From NCBI GenBank assembly GCA_963668645.2, contig CAXXWC010000015.1, positions 120,074 to 184,073 of the forward strand: a stretch of DNA of 64,000 nucleotides. Direction: 5' to 3'. A model generated the notes under the pieces. It saw nothing but the letters and a program-made list of their open reading frames with translations. It searched no databases and had not been told where the DNA came from. Both the position numbers and the translations under genes were made by a program. Position 1 is the stretch's first letter; each line of letters opens with the position of its first letter. Positions 62,478 through 64,000 of the stretch are shown one piece after another. This stretch comes from Desulfobacterales bacterium. GTDB lineage: Bacteria; Desulfobacterota; Desulfobacteria; Desulfobacterales; UBA2174.

Positions 62478-64000
62478 TCAAGGGATATTGATCTTGCCCA
62501 CCCGTACCTTGGAGCCCTGGCCAGCGGGAGCCGCCGGCCGGGCCAGAGACGACCGGCCGGCAGTGGAGACCGCCGGCCGCTTGGCCGATGGCGCCGGGGC
62601 ACGGACCTTTTCACTGACGATGATCACCCGGCCCCTGCTCAAAACGGTGGAAGCCCCGGCCGCTTGGGCCAGGAGACGGGACCCGTTGGGGTCGAGGAGC
62701 AAGACTCCGGGCGGGCCGAGACCGGAGGCCTTGAGCACCGCGGGCCGAAGTCCGATCCGCGGATCCTGGACCGCCCCGGCCAGGTCGGGTTGATACCCGA
62801 CAACGCCGTACTGTTGGAAGTAGGCCTTGGCGATCTGCGACGGGCCGTAGAGTTCCTGCCCACCGGCGGCTCTAAGCCGCGGCGCCAGGACCGGCCGGAA
62901 CCCGAGCCCCACGGCGTCCACGATGATCCCGCTGGGCGCTTCGACCGGAGTGGACGCCGCCGGCCGGGCGCTGCCCAGGTCGATACTCAAGGCTGCCAGT
63001 GCGTCCAGGGGCGCGGCCATGACCACCTCGGCCGATCCGTCCTTGAAATAGTGCGCCTCGCAGCGCACGGCGTTCAGGATCAGTCCGCCGGCCTTCTGGG
63101 CGGCCCCGGGCAGGGCCTTGACGCTGCGCTGGCCGTCCACCTGCACGGCCAGGTAGGCCTCGAGCAGCTTGCGTTGCGCATCGACTTCGGCGGCCCGCTC
63201 CATCTTGCGCATGCGCACGCCCTCGTCCTCGTCCTTGGAAAAATCGACCCGCCCGCGGCCGCGGGCCACCACCAGCTTGCGGCGCCAGTCAATATGGCGG
63301 TCGGTCACAGCTTCGAAAAGACCGCGGCAATCCAACGCCGTCACCGGGCGGATCACCACCGCCACACGCCCGTCGCCGAAAAAGGCCGGGGCCCCGGCAA
63401 GGGCTCGGGCCGCCTCTTCGTCCAGCACGAGATCCGAGGGCGAAGCACCGCCCAGCCCGGCGGCGTAAACGTGCAGGGGATGGGCGCCGACCCAACCCTC
63501 CGGCAGGGGTGCGCCGGCGGCCGCAAAGCGCACCGCGGCCCCCCCGAAAACGACCTCTTTGCGGACCATGGAGACATCGAAAAGCACGTTGCCGGCTGGA
63601 TCCAGGAGCCGCGGCGCGATGGCCGGGGCGAAAGCGAGGTGGCCCGCATCCACCACCAACCCGGTGTAGGCCGACGGGCCGGCCGCCACCCGGCTGCCGG
63701 CCGCCGCAAGCCCTTCGGCGGCAAAGGCCCCGCTCAGCGGGACCATCACCACCATGTCGATCCCGCCGTCGGCGTAATACTTGGCCCGGCAGATTTTGGC
63801 CTTCTGCACGAAGGCCTGGATACGGCTGACCACGCGCGGATTGTCGGCGGCAATGGACTCACTGGAAATCCGCACACCGGTGAGGATCCCGGCGGCCTTG
63901 CGATAGGCGTCCAGGGCCGCGGCATCCTGGGTGGTGCGCTTGATCACCGACAGGGGCAGATTGGGATTGGACAGATTGGGGGCGGCAGTGCCCTGAACCA
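62478..64000 (-). CDS. LPP20-like exported protein with an internal two-module repeat (partial)
   Basis: Frame open to the window edge; repeated units (DAYRK/DAQRK, YYADG/YFKDG, GLVVDA/GIIVDA, PAIAPRL/PVLAPRL, GRVAVV/GRVIIV). Confidence 0.6.
   Translation of the reverse strand, partial: VQGTAAPNLSNPNLPLSVIKRTTQDAAALDAYRKAAGILTGVRISSESIAADNPRVVSRIQAFVQKAKICRAKYYADGGIDMVVMVPLSGAFAAEGLAAAGSRVAAGPSAYTGLVVDAGHLAFAPAIAPRLLDPAGNVLFDVSMVRKEVVFGGAAVRFAAAGAPLPEGWVGAHPLHVYAAGLGGASPSDLVLDEEAARALAGAPAFFGDGRVAVVIRPVTALDCRGLFEAVTDRHIDWRRKLVVARGRGRVDFSKDEDEGVRMRKMERAAEVDAQRKLLEAYLAVQVDGQRSVKALPGAAQKAGGLILNAVRCEAHYFKDGSAEVVMAAPLDALAALSIDLGSARPAASTPVEAPSGIIVDAVGLGFRPVLAPRLRAAGGQELYGPSQIAKAYFQQYGVVGYQPDLAGAVQDPRIGLRPAVLKASGLGPPGVLLLDPNGSRLLAQAAGASTVLSRGRVIIVSEKVRAPAPSAKRPAVSTAGRSSLARPAAPAGQGSKVRVGKINIP

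Overview
High-GC window that looks like a sulfate-reducing Desulfobacterota (Desulfobacterales-like, inferred from gene content). It has four blocks. (1) 1-28.7 kb is a molybdenum/tungsten island: a Tat-less PsrA/PhsA-like molybdoenzyme, a mini-ModE, a MOP-type aldehyde oxidoreductase followed by a nine-gene accessory module of largely unknown chemistry, two tungstate ABC systems (Tup and Wtp), a TaoR-like regulator and a single-subunit Mo-storage-protein homolog with a scrambled 5' end. (2) 29-38 kb is housekeeping (HD-GYP, ThiI-like, rlmN, ffh-rpsP-khpA-rimM-trmD-rplS-rnhB-yraN). (3) 38-54 kb is a TetR-preceded acyl-CoA catabolic operon and the strongest candidate for an undescribed system. 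It encodes a domain-permuted MFE-2, an HMGCS-like/DUF35/SDR/SCP2 fusion, an SCP2-type thiolase, an AMACR-like protein, FadH and acyl-CoA dehydrogenases with complementary motif loss that suggests alpha2beta2 heterotetramers. Together these resemble peroxisomal or steroid-type branched-chain beta-oxidation in an anaerobe. (4) 54-64 kb holds HDAC, YkgJ, parC/parE, Dabb, Trx-HEAT, FecR and a partial LPP20-like gene. Several single-base frameshifts suggest an error-prone assembly. All family assignments come from motif recognition by eye; no searches were run.
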